DNA of 64,000 nucleotides from NCBI RefSeq assembly GCF_036321535.1, contig NC_087436.1, positions 74,650,001-74,714,000 of the forward strand. Reading direction: 5' to 3'. Numbering within the stretch: the first letter of the stretch is position 1; every line of letters begins with the position of its first letter. The translations under genes were made by a program, and so were the position numbers. Below the pieces are notes generated by a model. It was not told the origin of the DNA. It searched no databases and saw nothing but the letters and a program-made list of their open reading frames with translations. This stretch comes from Camelus dromedarius. Taxonomy: Eukaryota. Positions 1 to 12,650 of this stretch are shown piece after piece.

Positions 1-327
1 ATACTTACCCTTTTTGAAGCTTAGTTTTATTAAAACTGTCTTACTGTCTGTGACAATTTAATCTAGAATTCTATAAATATAATAACAAGTAATTAGTAGG
101 TGACAAGTAATTTGTTAGGATAACTGAAAATTTTGTCCTAACAAAAAATATGGATATTCTTTTTCTTCACTATTCATTCACAAGACCTTACTTTTATCAT
201 CTCTCTTTTCTTGATAATTGTAAAATTGTTTTTTAAAATGAATTGTAGTTGTAACAAATGGAAAGTCTTTGAACTTCCCTGAGAAAATAAATAAGGCATA
301 TAAAGAAGACATTAATATCCTTGAATT

Positions 328-462
328 GCAATATCTTATAGTAACCTATAATGAAAAAGCATATGAAAACGAATATATATGTATATGTATGACTGAAACA
401 TTGTTGTACACCAGAAATTGATACATTGTAATTGACTATACTTCAATAAAAATAAAATAAAA
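328..462 (+). mobile_element. L1 extreme 3' end (artiodactyl type)
   Basis: CAATATCTTATAGTAACCTATAATGAAAAAG...GACTATACTTCAATAAAA followed by an A-rich tail; same motif as the other L1 ends in the window. Confidence 0.8.
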
Positions 463-599
463 CCCTAAAAGAAATTCTTGTATTAGTAAGGAATTCTGCT
501 TTTTCATTTTTTAAAATATTTTTTAGGAAGAATTTGTTCAAAACAGTAAAAATAAACTACCTTTCTACATGGTATTTGACAGCAATAGTAACTAAAATA

Positions 600-780
600 T
601 GTTGATTAATCACTGTGTACCAGGCATTGCACTAAACACTTGTATTACATTCCCTTGTGTGTATTCCTACAGCACTCCTCTACCGTAGGTATTTTGTCAT
701 CCCCATTTTTCAGAAGATAAAGAAGTAAAATAAATCTCTTCAAGACTGTTCACACAACTTGTCTGACTCCAGCGCCTACC
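600..780. mobile_element. MIR fragment
   Basis: Degenerate MIR core (TGTGTACCAGGCATTGCACTAAACACTT...ATCCCCATTTTTCAGA...GTCTGACTCCAG). Confidence 0.6.
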
Positions 781-1573
781 CTTTACTACCTTACCCTGTG
801 GGTATTTCTGGCTTGCATTGACGTCTTCAAACAAAAAATACTCACCCTATGGTTATTTTTGGCCTGCCTTTAATCTTAGAACAAATATTCAAAAAGAATT
901 TTTAGAGAGCAGTTTATATTTATGTTTCTAGAGAGTTAATTTTTGCTTGAAAAGGGGTGATTCAAATTTTCTTACACTTGTTTTATTTCATGACTGGAAT
1001 ACTGAATCTTAAAATAGAAACATGCCTTGCTTCAAATGCAGAGTGGTAGAGTAAGGAAGAAGAAACAGTGTGCTCTCATAATAAAAGCTCTGTTCTGAAA
1101 TGCAATATAATGTCAGGTGAAACCTCTTCAGAAGTCTAGGACAGCTGAGCAGAATCAAGTTGACAAACAAGAGGCTTTGCTGTAATCTTTTAAGAAAAAT
1201 AATTAGACCCTGACTGCTTACATTTTTATGAGTATAGAAGACAAGGCTACTTAATCTTTAGTGACAGAAATTTCTAGTCTCCTTTGTCTTAAATGAAATT
1301 TTCAGGGTAATGTTCCCAGCAGACAATTTATGAAGGTACTATCTTGAAGAAATACTAAGACCTACAGGGACAAAGGAAGTGATTTACTGTCATTATAATC
1401 ACTTATCTTTAGCATTTATCTGCATTTAAGAATCTTTTTTACAGCTTCCAAAATACTGATTTTCTTTAATCTCTACAGAGACAGGATGTAAGGGGAGTAA
1501 ACCCATCAAATAGACAGGAAGAGAAAAGGAGTCCACATTCACCAAATAACATAAAGATCTCCTGCTTACTATT

Positions 1574-1736
1574 TTTTTAGAGTATAATTGATTTACAATG
1601 TTGTGTTAGTTTCAGGTGTACAACAGTGTTTCAGTTTATATATATATATTCTTTTCCATTGTAGGTCATTACAAGATATTGAATATAGTTCTCTGTGCTA
1701 TACAGTGGGTCCTTGTTGTTTATCTGTTTTATACCC
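1574..1736 (-). mobile_element. 5'-truncated L1 3' end with TSD
   Basis: L1 3'UTR motifs (GATTTACAATGTTGTGTTAGTTTCAGGTGTACA; ACAAGATATTGAATATAGTT); TSD cct(g/a)cttactatt at 1561-1573 and 1737-1749. Confidence 0.85.
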
Positions 1737-1916
1737 CCTACTTACTATTAAGTAGGAAGAAAGTGCTCAGATAAAACAAGTCAAAAATTCTAAAATAGAA
1801 GGCCACAAGTTTTCCAGGCTTTGACTAACTCCAAATGTAAACTGGCTTTAGGTTTCTCATACTTTGGTACTTATTTAGAAGGACTTCACTGGGTGGGATC
1901 ATTGGCTGCATGCTTT

Positions 1917-2053
1917 TTTTTGTTTGTTTGTTTCTTGCAGTGGGGAAGTAATTTATTCATTTGGTGGAGGTACTAGGGATTGAACCCAGGACTTCACACA
2001 TGCTATGCATTCACTCTACCACTTGAGCTACCCTCTCCCCACTACCCACCCGT
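1917..2053 (-). mobile_element. tRNA-derived SINE (camelid Vic-1-like)
   Basis: Reverse strand carries A box TAGCTCAAGTGG and B box GGTTCAATCCC; TSD tgcatgcttt at 1907-1916 and 2054-2063. Confidence 0.85.
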
Positions 2054-2639
2054 TGCATGCTTTATTAAGAGAAGCCCCAGAAATCAAGTAACAGCCACTA
2101 TTTGAAATTTGTAAATCAAAAAGACTTCAGTAGAAGCATCCTTTCATTCCCAACCTCTCCCTCCAGCCAGTTGGGAGAAAAATACACCATTAAAATAACA
2201 CCATTTTACTCTCACAAACTGTTTTGAGTTCTGAACTATCAAATTTAGAAAATTTAGGGAAAAATTTTTTTATGCATTTTACATAATCAAACTACCAATA
2301 CAGTTTATTTCTTGTCAAGCATTTATGCAGAAGGTGTGGGGAAAACATCTTCCAAAATGTATTCTTAGTCTCATCACAACATATGTTTACTGTAATCCTT
2401 ATTTCTTCTCACTGAAGGAAAAGAATTATGTTTGGGGAATCAATTCGAATTATCCATGATCAGGGTTTCCAAGACTTCTTTCTCACAAACATAAGCTGCT
2501 TTTATTACCAGATGATGATTTAGTAAATATTTGAGTCCAATTGCATACTGCGCGAGACACTAGACGAGATTCTAAGATGAGTCATACATGGTCCTCTCTA
2601 TAAGAAACTTTTTCATTCATTCATTTCTTAATTCAGCAG

Positions 2640-2830
2640 CAATGTACTGGCTGTGAGACCATGAGCAAGTTAACCAGCTTCTCTATAATGTGACCTCAGT
2701 TTCATCAGCTGTGAAATGGGGGATAATAATATATCTCCTAGGTTTGTATGAGGATTAAATGGGATAATATTTACAAAAGGCTTAGAACAACATATGACAC
2801 ATAGGAAACACTAACTGTTAGCTTAACTAT
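2640..2830. mobile_element. MIR fragment
   Basis: GCTGTGAGACCATGAGCAAGTTA...CCTCAGTTTCATCAGCTGTGAAATGGGGATAATAAT MIR core. Confidence 0.75.
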
Positions 2831-3009
2831 TCTAAGAGTCCTTTACGTGCCAGGCTAGTTAGACTTTTTTTTTTTTTTTCCACTTAATGCAGTTAAAAAT
2901 GGCCTATCCTCAAGCAGTTCTCAGCCTTGCGTGAGGGAAGAAATAGACAGGAGAAATTCTGTGTGTTGGTCAGGGAAGGCTTTTATAGACTTGAATGTGG
3001 CATCAATTA

Positions 3010-3985
3010 TTTGCTATTGATGAAATTACTTCAAAACGCATCTGCATAAAACATGTGTTTATTGTATCTCACAGTTTCTGAGGCTCGAGAACTGTGGGTA
3101 CCTTAGCTGGGTGGTTCTGGTTCAGGGTCTGTCATAAAGTTACAGTGAAGTTGTTGACTGGAGCTGAAGTCATGAAGGGCCTGGAGAATGGAGAATCTGT
3201 TTCAAGTTCAGTCAGGTGACTAGAGGCAGGAGGCTTCAATTCTTTGCCACTGGGCCTCTCCATAGAGCTGCTCATGACCAGGCAACTGGCTCCTCCATTG
3301 CAAGGGATGAGAGCGAGAGGGAGAGGGAGAGGGAGACCTAGATGGAAGCCGCAGTCATTCTACCACTTAATCTGGGAAATGTTCTGCTGTCACTTCTGCC
3401 ATTTTCTATTTATTAGAAGTGTGAAGGAAAAACTGGGCTGGTCTAACAAGATAACTCATAGGTCTAGGAATGTGAAGGAGAGGCTGGGCTGGGCTAACAA
3501 GATAACTCACAAGTCTAAGTATTGGAATACTGATCTGAGTTCTGCTGGACTACCTTGTAAATCTAAGTTTATCAGTGTTGGTTTGCTGTTTATGTTTTTT
3601 GCTAGCCAGCTGGATTTTCAAAGATACATATCTGGCTTTGGAATGTTGGTTTGCTGCCTCCCTGCCTCCACTTTTGTGATGATAATGCTGCTAAAGCTGT
3701 TCCATGCCTATTGGCCAAATACCCCAAGCTTGTACTTTACCCTATAAAACCTCATGCGCACGTCTTGGAGGTACTCAGAGCTTCGGAGCAGAAGCCCCTC
3801 TGAGCCCGCCGGCGTAATACATCTGAGTACTCCAACCCTCCGAGTGGTGCTTGTTTCTTGACTGGCCTGTTGTTTCGGTAACAGAAGCTGCTCTCTAAAT
3901 CCAGCCTATACCAAAGGGAAGGGGACTTAAACTTGAAGGATAGAGTATTAAAGAATTTATGAACATATTTTTAAAACTACTACAG
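3010..3985 (-). mobile_element. MaLR LTR (MLT1 family) interrupted by a younger solo LTR
   Basis: TCTCACAGTTTCTGAGG...CTTAGCTGGGTGGTTCTGG...CACTTCTGCCATTTTCTATT; the element resumes after 3887. Confidence 0.65.
3420..3883 (+). mobile_element. Solo ERV1-type LTR, relatively young
   Basis: TG...CA termini, 4-bp TSD gaag (3416-3419, 3884-3887), TATA box (cctataaaa ~3741), retained CpGs. Confidence 0.85.
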
Positions 3986-4262
3986 GTATGGAAGGACAAG
4001 TGAGGCTCAGCTAGGTAGACAGGAACAAATTTATGACAGGCAAGAGGGCAGCAGAAACAGAGGAATACAGATACCAGATTATATGACATATATGGCTAGA
4101 GAATTGAGGGGGTTATTGTTATTCCTATTTTTAACATAAGGAAACTGAGTTTAGAGAGGTGAAGTAACTTTCCCAGTATACATTATACAATTAGTAGATG
4201 GCAGAACCAGGTCCTAAATCCATAATAATTCTGATGATAGAATCCATGATCTTATCACCACC

Positions 4263-4695
4263 TGTATTAGGCAAGGTTCTCCAGAGATACAGAGCAAAGA
4301 GGATACATCTAGGTCTCTATTTACATCTCTATCTCTGTATCTATATGCAGAGAGGTTGAGAGAGATTTAAGATTGTAGAGGCTTGGTAAGTCCAAATTCT
4401 GCAGAGGCTGGCATACTGTAGACCTATGGAAGTATTGCAGTTCAAGTCCAAATGCAGTCTGCTGGCAGAATATCTTCTTGCTTAGTCTTTGTTCTATTAA
4501 GACCTTCAACTGAATGGATAAGGCCCACCCACAGTACAGAGGGTAATCTGCTTTACTTAGAGTCCACCAATTTAAATGTTAAATCTCATCCCCCCCCCCC
4601 AAAAAACCCTCCTTCCCAGAAATATCCAAAATAATTGTTGACCAACTATCTGGGTACTGTGGCTCAGCCAAGATGACACATGAAATTAACACATG
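4263..4695 (-). mobile_element. ERV-L LTR (MLT2-like)
   Basis: GGTTCTCCAGAGA...AGGCCCACCCAC...GAGGGTAATCTGCTTTACT...GCCAAGATGACACATGAAATTAAC, resembling MLT2 in reverse. Confidence 0.8.
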
Positions 4696-7600
4696 AAATT
4701 ATACTACCCTCTACAATAGTGACATTTTGGGGTCCAGATTGCAAAGGGGCCTGAATGTCATACTAAGCAGCTTATTGGACTTCTGAAAATTAACTGGTGG
4801 CTCTCTCTGAGAGATTTGACCTTGAGCAAGTGATAAATGCTGTGGTGTTCCCACAGAATGTTGTGATTCCTTTAGGAAGTGTGTCTTGGACTATTTGTCT
4901 ATCATGCTTAACCTTCAGTCTTGTTTTGATAAATGAGAAGTATGGTTTTTATTAACATTATTTTTTTCCTTTCAATATTTTTCCTTTTAGTACACATTTT
5001 TATTAATTAGCCTTTCACATATTTCAAAATGATGACATTCATTTTAAAAATATTTTTCTCTATTATTTATTCTCACGTACTTGGACCTTTTTCTCTGAAC
5101 TTTTCTTTCACTTTGATGCCTTTTTTCAAGGCTTCCTTTTAATTATTTCTCCTACCAGAGTGAAATGTGAAATTAGGAAGGAAGACAAATATGTAGGTGG
5201 GAACTAAAGAACCCAGTTTGTAGACTAGCTGGACTTAGTGATTCCAAAGGTATAAATACTGTTCAAGCATCATTTCTTTGCAGATGGTGCATAAGAAAAG
5301 TTGTTTCAACCTAGCTGCCAGGACTATTTCTCTTTGTAGCTGACATAGAACAGGAAACTCTTAACTTCAGGATTTAAAATTGCAATGGTCCCAGCCTATT
5401 CTTTTGACCCATTCCACTCTGGGTCCCCTTTGAGGACATGACACAGATAAGAGGTGGGCTGGAGAGTGTCGTGAGGCCACCTGAAAGTGATCTGGAATGT
5501 AAATCTATGGATACACCCTACCAGGAGAGAACAGGGAGCAAACTCTAGAAAACAGGTAGAGCAAAAGATGCAACAAGCTGGAAAGGGAGGCAGAACTGGA
5601 CTTGCAGAATAAATGGGGACTGAGACATGCTGGGAAAGCGTAAAACAAGGTTAGAGAGTCTTGGACTGTGGATATCACCATTTTCAGCTTTCCTTCTTAA
5701 GAACAGCGTGGTAAAATTTGTGAGTTTCAAAACACCCAGGGGGTGGATAACACCACAAAGTGGTTTGGTGAGTTCTAGCAGATAAGCAGATTTTGTATGA
5801 CAAAGAAGACATCAACACCATTCAAAGGAGAAGCTAGTTTCCTAAAAAAAAGGAACATTTAATGCATCAGTGCTCTTCTGTGTTCCTTTCTCTCCCCATC
5901 TCCTGTTGCTATACTGATCATCCTACAAGCTCAATCAAGTGTGGTTTCCATCTTTAGCACTATAAAAAAGGGGGCTTCCTAAATGGTATGAAAGAATAAA
6001 TAAGGGTTTTTCCAAAATCACTTTCTTTTATTTTTTAACATAACAACACAAATATTATGTCAATGATATACCAGAGATTTCAATAGTTTATCTTTCTGCC
6101 TTTAATAAAATTAAAATTAAACCATCTTGGAAAAATCTTTTTCCTATTTTACCTTGAAAGATTGCCAGTGACAGTATATTTATAAATTCTCTAAGAAATC
6201 CATTCCCAAAGGAATAATCTCCTTTTAGTTGTGTTCCTTTGCATGTTTCAGAAAGCTGATCTTTGTATGTTACTCATTTGAACTGTGTGATAGCAGAAAC
6301 CAAGACCCAAAGATCTAACCTTACAAAATACTCTTTGGATCAACCTATGTAGAAAATAATCAGCTAATTTTGACTGAAATCTTATTTATAATTGCAACTA
6401 CTTGCTTTTTAAAGTGAAAAAATTCATACGCGAAATCCACTATAGTAAAGTTTAAGGTTATTTCCATTCCTGAATCCAAAATGTCTTCTGAATGCTTAAG
6501 CATAATGTTGCATAGGGAGGAAAAATAATGCTGGAGAAATATGGTGAGGGAAATCAAGCTTTACACTAAAGAAACTGCAGTATTCTATAAGATCTTCCTT
6601 TCTTCCCACAATATCAGATCTCCATCAAGCCTCTCAGACAGGCTCACTGACCAATTTTTATCGGTTCATTGAAACTCGGCCTCCTGACCACCATCGGGAA
6701 TTTACAGTATACATATAAATAGGTAAGAAATATTAAAAGGTTGATTTAAATGCCAAGTCAGTTGGTTTTTTTTTCACCCAGAGAATTGTTGAATAGAGCA
6801 GACTTCCTTTGACAGCTACCCCCACAAATATTACAATATATTCCTTACTATAGAAAGTTACAGTTAAGGTCATGGAAGCTAAATCTTGTCCATATGAAAA
6901 AAAACAAGGCTATTTGTGTTACCAATAATATCGCTTTTATATTTATACATATATCTTGTATGTATAAGTATCTTGCTATTCGCCTTTGCCTTTAAAATAT
7001 ATTACTGCTTAGTTTTTAAACTCTTCAAAAGCCAAGGAGTTATGCACTAAGCTCTCATTAGTCACTGAATTCAAACTGAACTTATTAAAGTGATAATGTC
7101 AAAAAGTATACGCTGGCTTTTATAAGGTTGACATATATTAAACAGAGGAAACAAGACAAAATGTAATTTCCTATGCTAACAATGCCAAGAACTTTTATCA
7201 TAATACTAAAGTTATCACTAATGTTAGGAGTTAAATTAAGGTAAAAGCCAACAATAGGAAAGATTTTCAAAAAAATTTTTTTTGAGTAGAGGGTCTTTTT
7301 TGTATTGAGTCAACCATTTTACCTTAAAAAAATTCAGTCAAATATGCTGCAATCAGTACATATCCTCATCTTCCACAGCAGCCTGAGAGGGGTATAACCC
7401 AAGGGGTAAGTGTTATGACAACAGGAATTTCTGGCTTTGAGTGCTTTCTGTGTAAATGCTGGCATCCCCATTCTCCCAGCACTCCAAGATCCTCTTTTCC
7501 CTTGGCAGGTCCTAGAAGAGTTGGCTTGATATCTTTGACAGTCAAAAAAATCCCATCTCTCTGATCTCTGCTTTGGCACAGATGCCCTGCTGGCTCTCTT

Positions 7601-8161
7601 CAGATGTTTTCTGACCTTGGCAAGATACTTGAGGGTCACTGCCTCACAGTTTGTGCTTCCAGATCATCACTGCCCCGTTGCTGATTGATTTTGGATTAGG
7701 TCCCCTGTGGTCAACGTCTGTGTTGTTCTAGGTAAAGAGGGGCGTGAAGTAGTGAAGTAGGGATCCTGTCTCTGCTGGTGCTACAGTCCTTTCAATGAAT
7801 TTTGAAATAGGATGATGTTGCTTTCCATTTTTTAGCGAGCTCACAGTGTTACATTTTATTTCATTATGCTTCTTAGCTCTTAGACTCTCATTAACTTCTG
7901 TGGTACTGAATCAGGTAACATTTAATGTGACATTATGTAATCAATGCCTAAAGTATCTAGTCGCTTTAACTTGTAGCTATTCCAAGTGAATTCCCTATCT
8001 ACTCTAGGTCACTCCAAAGAAAATAGGGGGCGGCCTCTGTCCCTCTGCTCCCTTCCTAGAGGACTACTCTAAGCTCCAAAGTTCTCTCTCTCTCTGAAGG
8101 CCTGGGAGAGCCTCTGGTGGTCCTACTTTCTAATATGAGTAGGTAAAGAAAGCCCCATGTT

Positions 8162-8262
8162 GCAAATCAAAACCAGAATGAGACATAATTTCATGCCTGT
8201 TAGAATGACTATCATAAAAAAAAAGAGCTAATAAATGCTAGCTTATAATTAAAAAAAAAAAG
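8162..8262 (+). mobile_element. ~100-bp retro-insertion of L1-ORF2-derived sequence with poly(A) and 17-bp TSD
   Basis: TSD aaagaaagccccatgtt at 8145-8161 and 8263-8279; AATAAA at 8230-8235; A-run at 8251-8261. Confidence 0.85.
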
Positions 8263-10174
8263 AAAGAAAGCCCCATGTTAAATATAAATTTTACTTTTTA
8301 AAAGAAAAATTCACTTTCTGTCAACAAAGAAGTAGAAACCTAAAATTATATTTACAATAGATATAATAATTCATTCATAGAATTAGTAATATAAATAATA
8401 CTATGACTCTTCACTTAAAATCATGGTTAGTTGAGAAAGAGATGAGGAAAAAGCATCATATCTGAAGATTACATTTGAAATCAGTCTTTATTATTCAGTT
8501 TTCCAAGGTTTATTTCTCTCATCAGAAACATTTTTGTATTTAGCTAGATTGACCAACTCAATTCTTCAGAGTTAACTGGGTTTTTATAAACTGTTATTTA
8601 CTATCATTCACTGGCTTTTCTGGTCAAGCTTCTTTTCTGGTCAAGCTTCTTTTCTAAGTAGGACCCTCCAAGAAGTTCCTGGGGAGAATGACTTCCTGGG
8701 ATGAAGTATCCTGGCCAGAGCAACATCATTCCATGTTGAATTGGCCAGTAAGTCGATGAAATTATACCTTTTTCAGTAGAGTCTTTGTTTCTTCTTTTTC
8801 CAAGAGTAGGCATTTTAATGAGTGAATTTTAAGTATCTTTCAAATTCTTTAAGACTCAGAGTACAATCAGTTCTCAAAGGCACTTTAAACACAACGTGGT
8901 GCATTGTGTAGTACAGACTGATGCTGGTGTCAGTGGATTTTGCCACTTTTTGTGGGTAGGGAGTCTTCCTGTTTGGGGTCCTTATCACCTCATCCTAGCT
9001 GCATGCCCTGTTGACTCTCAGCCTCCTGCTTCTTTGTCGCCTCCCAGGCTGAGCTTCAGCACTCTACTTGCATCCCACAGGAAGCCCTGCAGTCTTTAGC
9101 TCATTCCACCGGATGTGTGCTTCCTTCCTTAACTACTGTGGCTGGTAAGTACACCATTGTCTCTGTTAGGGATCTCTGCTGATGGGAACAGAAAGTCCCT
9201 CAACTCAGCACTGTGTTGAGGATAGAAACAGGGTGGAAAAGTAGATGGAAAGGATATTTATTGAAGGGAGTCAGAGGATATCAGGGAATCTAATTTCAGA
9301 ATACAGAGTCCTATTTCACAGGAGGTAAAGGTCATCCAACAGTTACTCTTTCTGGGATCAGATGATCACTCATCTCTGCTTCTCTGGGTGTATGCATTTG
9401 TTCCTTCTTCTCTCTCCCATCCATTTCTGATTTTTCCAAGGTTTTTTGAGGTTCAGTCCCCACAATTCTCACCTGAGGCATTGATTTTGCTATGGTGTCA
9501 TGTTTGCTCCAATGCTCCCAAAGCTGAGAGCTCCTCTGCACAATATGAACAGCCTTAATCTGTATTTTGATTCAACTTCTGAAATTAGAACATCTAATGG
9601 ACTCAGCCTGAATCAGATGTTTACTCCCGGTTCAATCAGTTCTAGCCAGGGAAGTGGAATGACCTGAAACGAGCATGACCCAAGCACAGAAGGCAGATTC
9701 TCTGAGAATGGATTGTGAGTGGGAAGATGACAGATATATCTAGAAAAGACGTAATCTTTAAAATATTTTAAACTAAGTCCAAATTTTGGCTGAACAGTTA
9801 TTCCTAGAATGATGTGAGAGTTAAAAATCTGGTTAGCTGCAGAATATTATCTGACCAAATACCATATCTGGTACCAGAGGTGATCCCTCAAAGGGACCCC
9901 CAGCTCCCCTGGCCAGATAACTTGCTGCCTGTTGCCTTCATGCTCACGTATTTAAGAATTGGCAACTGCAGTCTCGTCTAAAGTAGTATCTGCTTCTGGA
10001 AATGTGGTGCAGCTAAACCCCTGGATTATTTCTTATTTTGGACATTCACATCTCCTTTTGAAATTTTTGATGCTTTGCATCATGTTCCTTTAAATTGCAT
10101 GATCTATGGGTATCATGAGGAAATACAAAAATACAAAATACAAAAAAATAGTATTTATGTTTGTATTTTGTATC

Positions 10175-10830
10175 TCAATGGAATACTATTCAGTCTTAAA
10201 AAAAGAAGGAAATCTTGTTTTGTGATAACATGGATGAATCTGGAGAAAATTATGCTAAGTGATATAAACTAGACAGAGGAGGGTGATATAGCTCAGTGGT
10301 AGAGTGCCTGCCTAGCGTGCATGATGTCCTGGGTTCAATCCCCAGTACTTCCATTAACAAGAAAAGCAAACAAACAAACAAAAACTTAAAAAAATAAAAC
10401 GAAAAGCCAAATACTACATGGTGTCACTTATTTGTGGAATCCAAGGGGAAAAAAGAAAGTCAAACCCATAGAAACAGAGTAGTGTGGTGGTTGCCAGGGG
10501 CTGCAGTGTAGGGGAAATGTGGTGTGGTTTGTAGAAAGCTACAAACTTTCAGTTATAAGATGAATGAAGCCTGAAGATCTAATGTGTAACATGGTCACTA
10601 TAGTTGATAGTACTGTGTTATGTAATTAAAATTTGCTAAGAGAGTAGAACCTACCTAAGTGTTCTCACCCCTCCTCTCCAGAGAAAAAGTAACTATGTGA
10701 GGCGATGGATGTGTTGATTAACTTGAGTGTAGCAATTCTTTCACAATGTATACATATATCAAATCACATTATACACTTAATATATTACAATTTTATTCAT
10801 CAATTATACCACAGTTAAGCTGGGAAAAAA
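10175..10830 (+). mobile_element. Old L1 (L1MA/L1MB-like) 3' region interrupted by a SINE
   Basis: AATGGAATACTATTCAGTCTTAAAAAAAGAAGGAAATC...TATGCTAAGTGA...GGTGGTTGCCAGGGGCTG...TCACAATGTATACATATATC. Confidence 0.8.
10278..10400 (+). mobile_element. tRNA-derived SINE (Vic-1-like) nested in L1
   Basis: TAGCTCAGTGGTAGAG...CCTGGGTTCAATCCCCAGTAC with an A-rich tail. Confidence 0.85.
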
Positions 10831-12650
10831 CCCACACACATAAAGAAGATGTTGTAAGAGCTCACTTGTTACATTGAGAAAAAACCCCAGAAAATAGATT
10901 CTTGGGTCCATTTCCAATCTACTAAATCAGAATTTCTGAGGTGAGGTCCTGAATCTGCATGTTAGCACCTGCACCCTCATGAAGACCACATTTTAGATGA
11001 ACTAAGTGACCACTATAGTGAATTAATAAGATTTTAATGATATATTTTCTTTTTTTGTGATTGACTTGGAATTTCAATTATTATCACTGTATGAAAGAAA
11101 GAATACAAATTTTGTATACAAGGTTTAAGGGGAATTTGTCAGAAACTTATATTTTTATTTAGCTGTTTTATAACCAGAAAGAATAAGCCAATGAAGAGGA
11201 CGAAAATCAGAAGCTGAAAAAGATAATAATGAATATCATAATATTTCACAGGATATTTACAGTATTTGAAGAAGAAAATGCCTCAAGGATGTCATTTTTC
11301 CACATCATAAAATAAGATATAAAGTTGTGAATACTAAATGTAACTTAATAAAAAAAGAGATTAATTTTTTAATTACTCCAAACACTACAATGATTGTATT
11401 TTATAACATATTCTATATTTGTTTCAGAGTGTTTATGACACATGTATAATGCATACACACACACACAATGATTAATAATAGTATAAATAAACTGGTTAGT
11501 TTTATGAGTTAAGAACACTTTGTGAGTGAATTAATGGTCTTATCACATTAACTGATTGCTAATATGCATAAAGTTCAAAACATACATATCTGAAGAGATC
11601 ACCTACATATTTGCGAAAGAAAAATAGCAGTTAATGGAGTTACTGAATTAAATTACAGAACTAATCTGACAGTCTAAATTGTAGTACTCAAGCACAATCT
11701 CTGTAGAATTCATACTTCCAATGAAAACATTCCTGAGTTAAGGGGAAAAAAATAGCCTGACTTTATAGCTTCAGGGAAATACTGTTAAGTAAATTTAGGG
11801 GACTTCCAGAGGTAGCAAAATGAGGTGGGGAAAACCATAGAACTATTATATTTTACTGATAACTGGAGCTCACATTCTTGGGACAGAGCAGCAAAATTTC
11901 TACCCTGAAAACTGGTTCCTGCTGAGAGTTCAAGTCTTTCTGGACCTTGAAAATAAGGGGCAGAGCTATCACATCGGAGTTGGGAATCAGACATCAGATT
12001 CTAAGGGGTTGGGGAGGTGTTATGTCAGCCAAGGATACAGAGTTCTCTAGAACAGAGCTTTCTTGGGACATGAATCATGTTAATTTTAGACAGAAAACTT
12101 TCTAGCTCCAAATGGAAAAAAGAAAAAAAAAATTGTTCTTATTTTATAAAAAAATGTTTCTCTCTGCCAGAATGTTAGGAAACCTCTGAGCCATCCAAGT
12201 CCTGAGGCTCTGTGGCCCATCTGCAAAGTCCACCTTCTTCTGCTTTCAGTGCCTTCCTGGCTCGGAACAAGACCCAGCTTCTCAGTCCTGCCATTGTGCT
12301 AAGTACAAAAGCTTGTCTGCAGCCTAGGCTGCCTTCTCTAGTGAGTCTTTCTGCTCCAGGTAAGTCAGTGTGTCCTGGGAGAATCCTTGGAGCACAAAAA
12401 CTTATTATGTGCCACATGAATGCAGCTCTGTTGCAGGCCTGCTTCAAAACCTGTCATTAGACAATATGCCATAGTGCTTTGCTGCCTGGAAAGCTTTCTG
12501 CGTGAGTCTTGAAGCTGTAACATGATTTACAACCTTATTAATTTCAGTTGCAAACTTGAGCACATACAGAATGCTGTATTTAGACCATGAATAAGCCTGT
12601 GGTACACCGAATGGGGTTGTGTTCATTTGCACAGTTGCACTTTACCATAG

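Noticed and set aside
3244..3747. 167-aa ORF with an internal repeat
   Set aside because: Starts at TTG and spans an MLT1/solo-LTR junction; the peptide repeat reflects the LTR's 51-bp duplication.
10278..10352. tRNA-like sequences (also ~1970, ~19900, ~45165, ~58830)
   Set aside because: They have A-rich tails, several have TSDs, and the cloverleaves are degenerate: SINE heads, not tRNA genes.
11000..11500. Possible old hAT/Charlie fragment (also ~25000-25800)
   Set aside because: Resemblance is too weak to assign a family or boundaries by eye.
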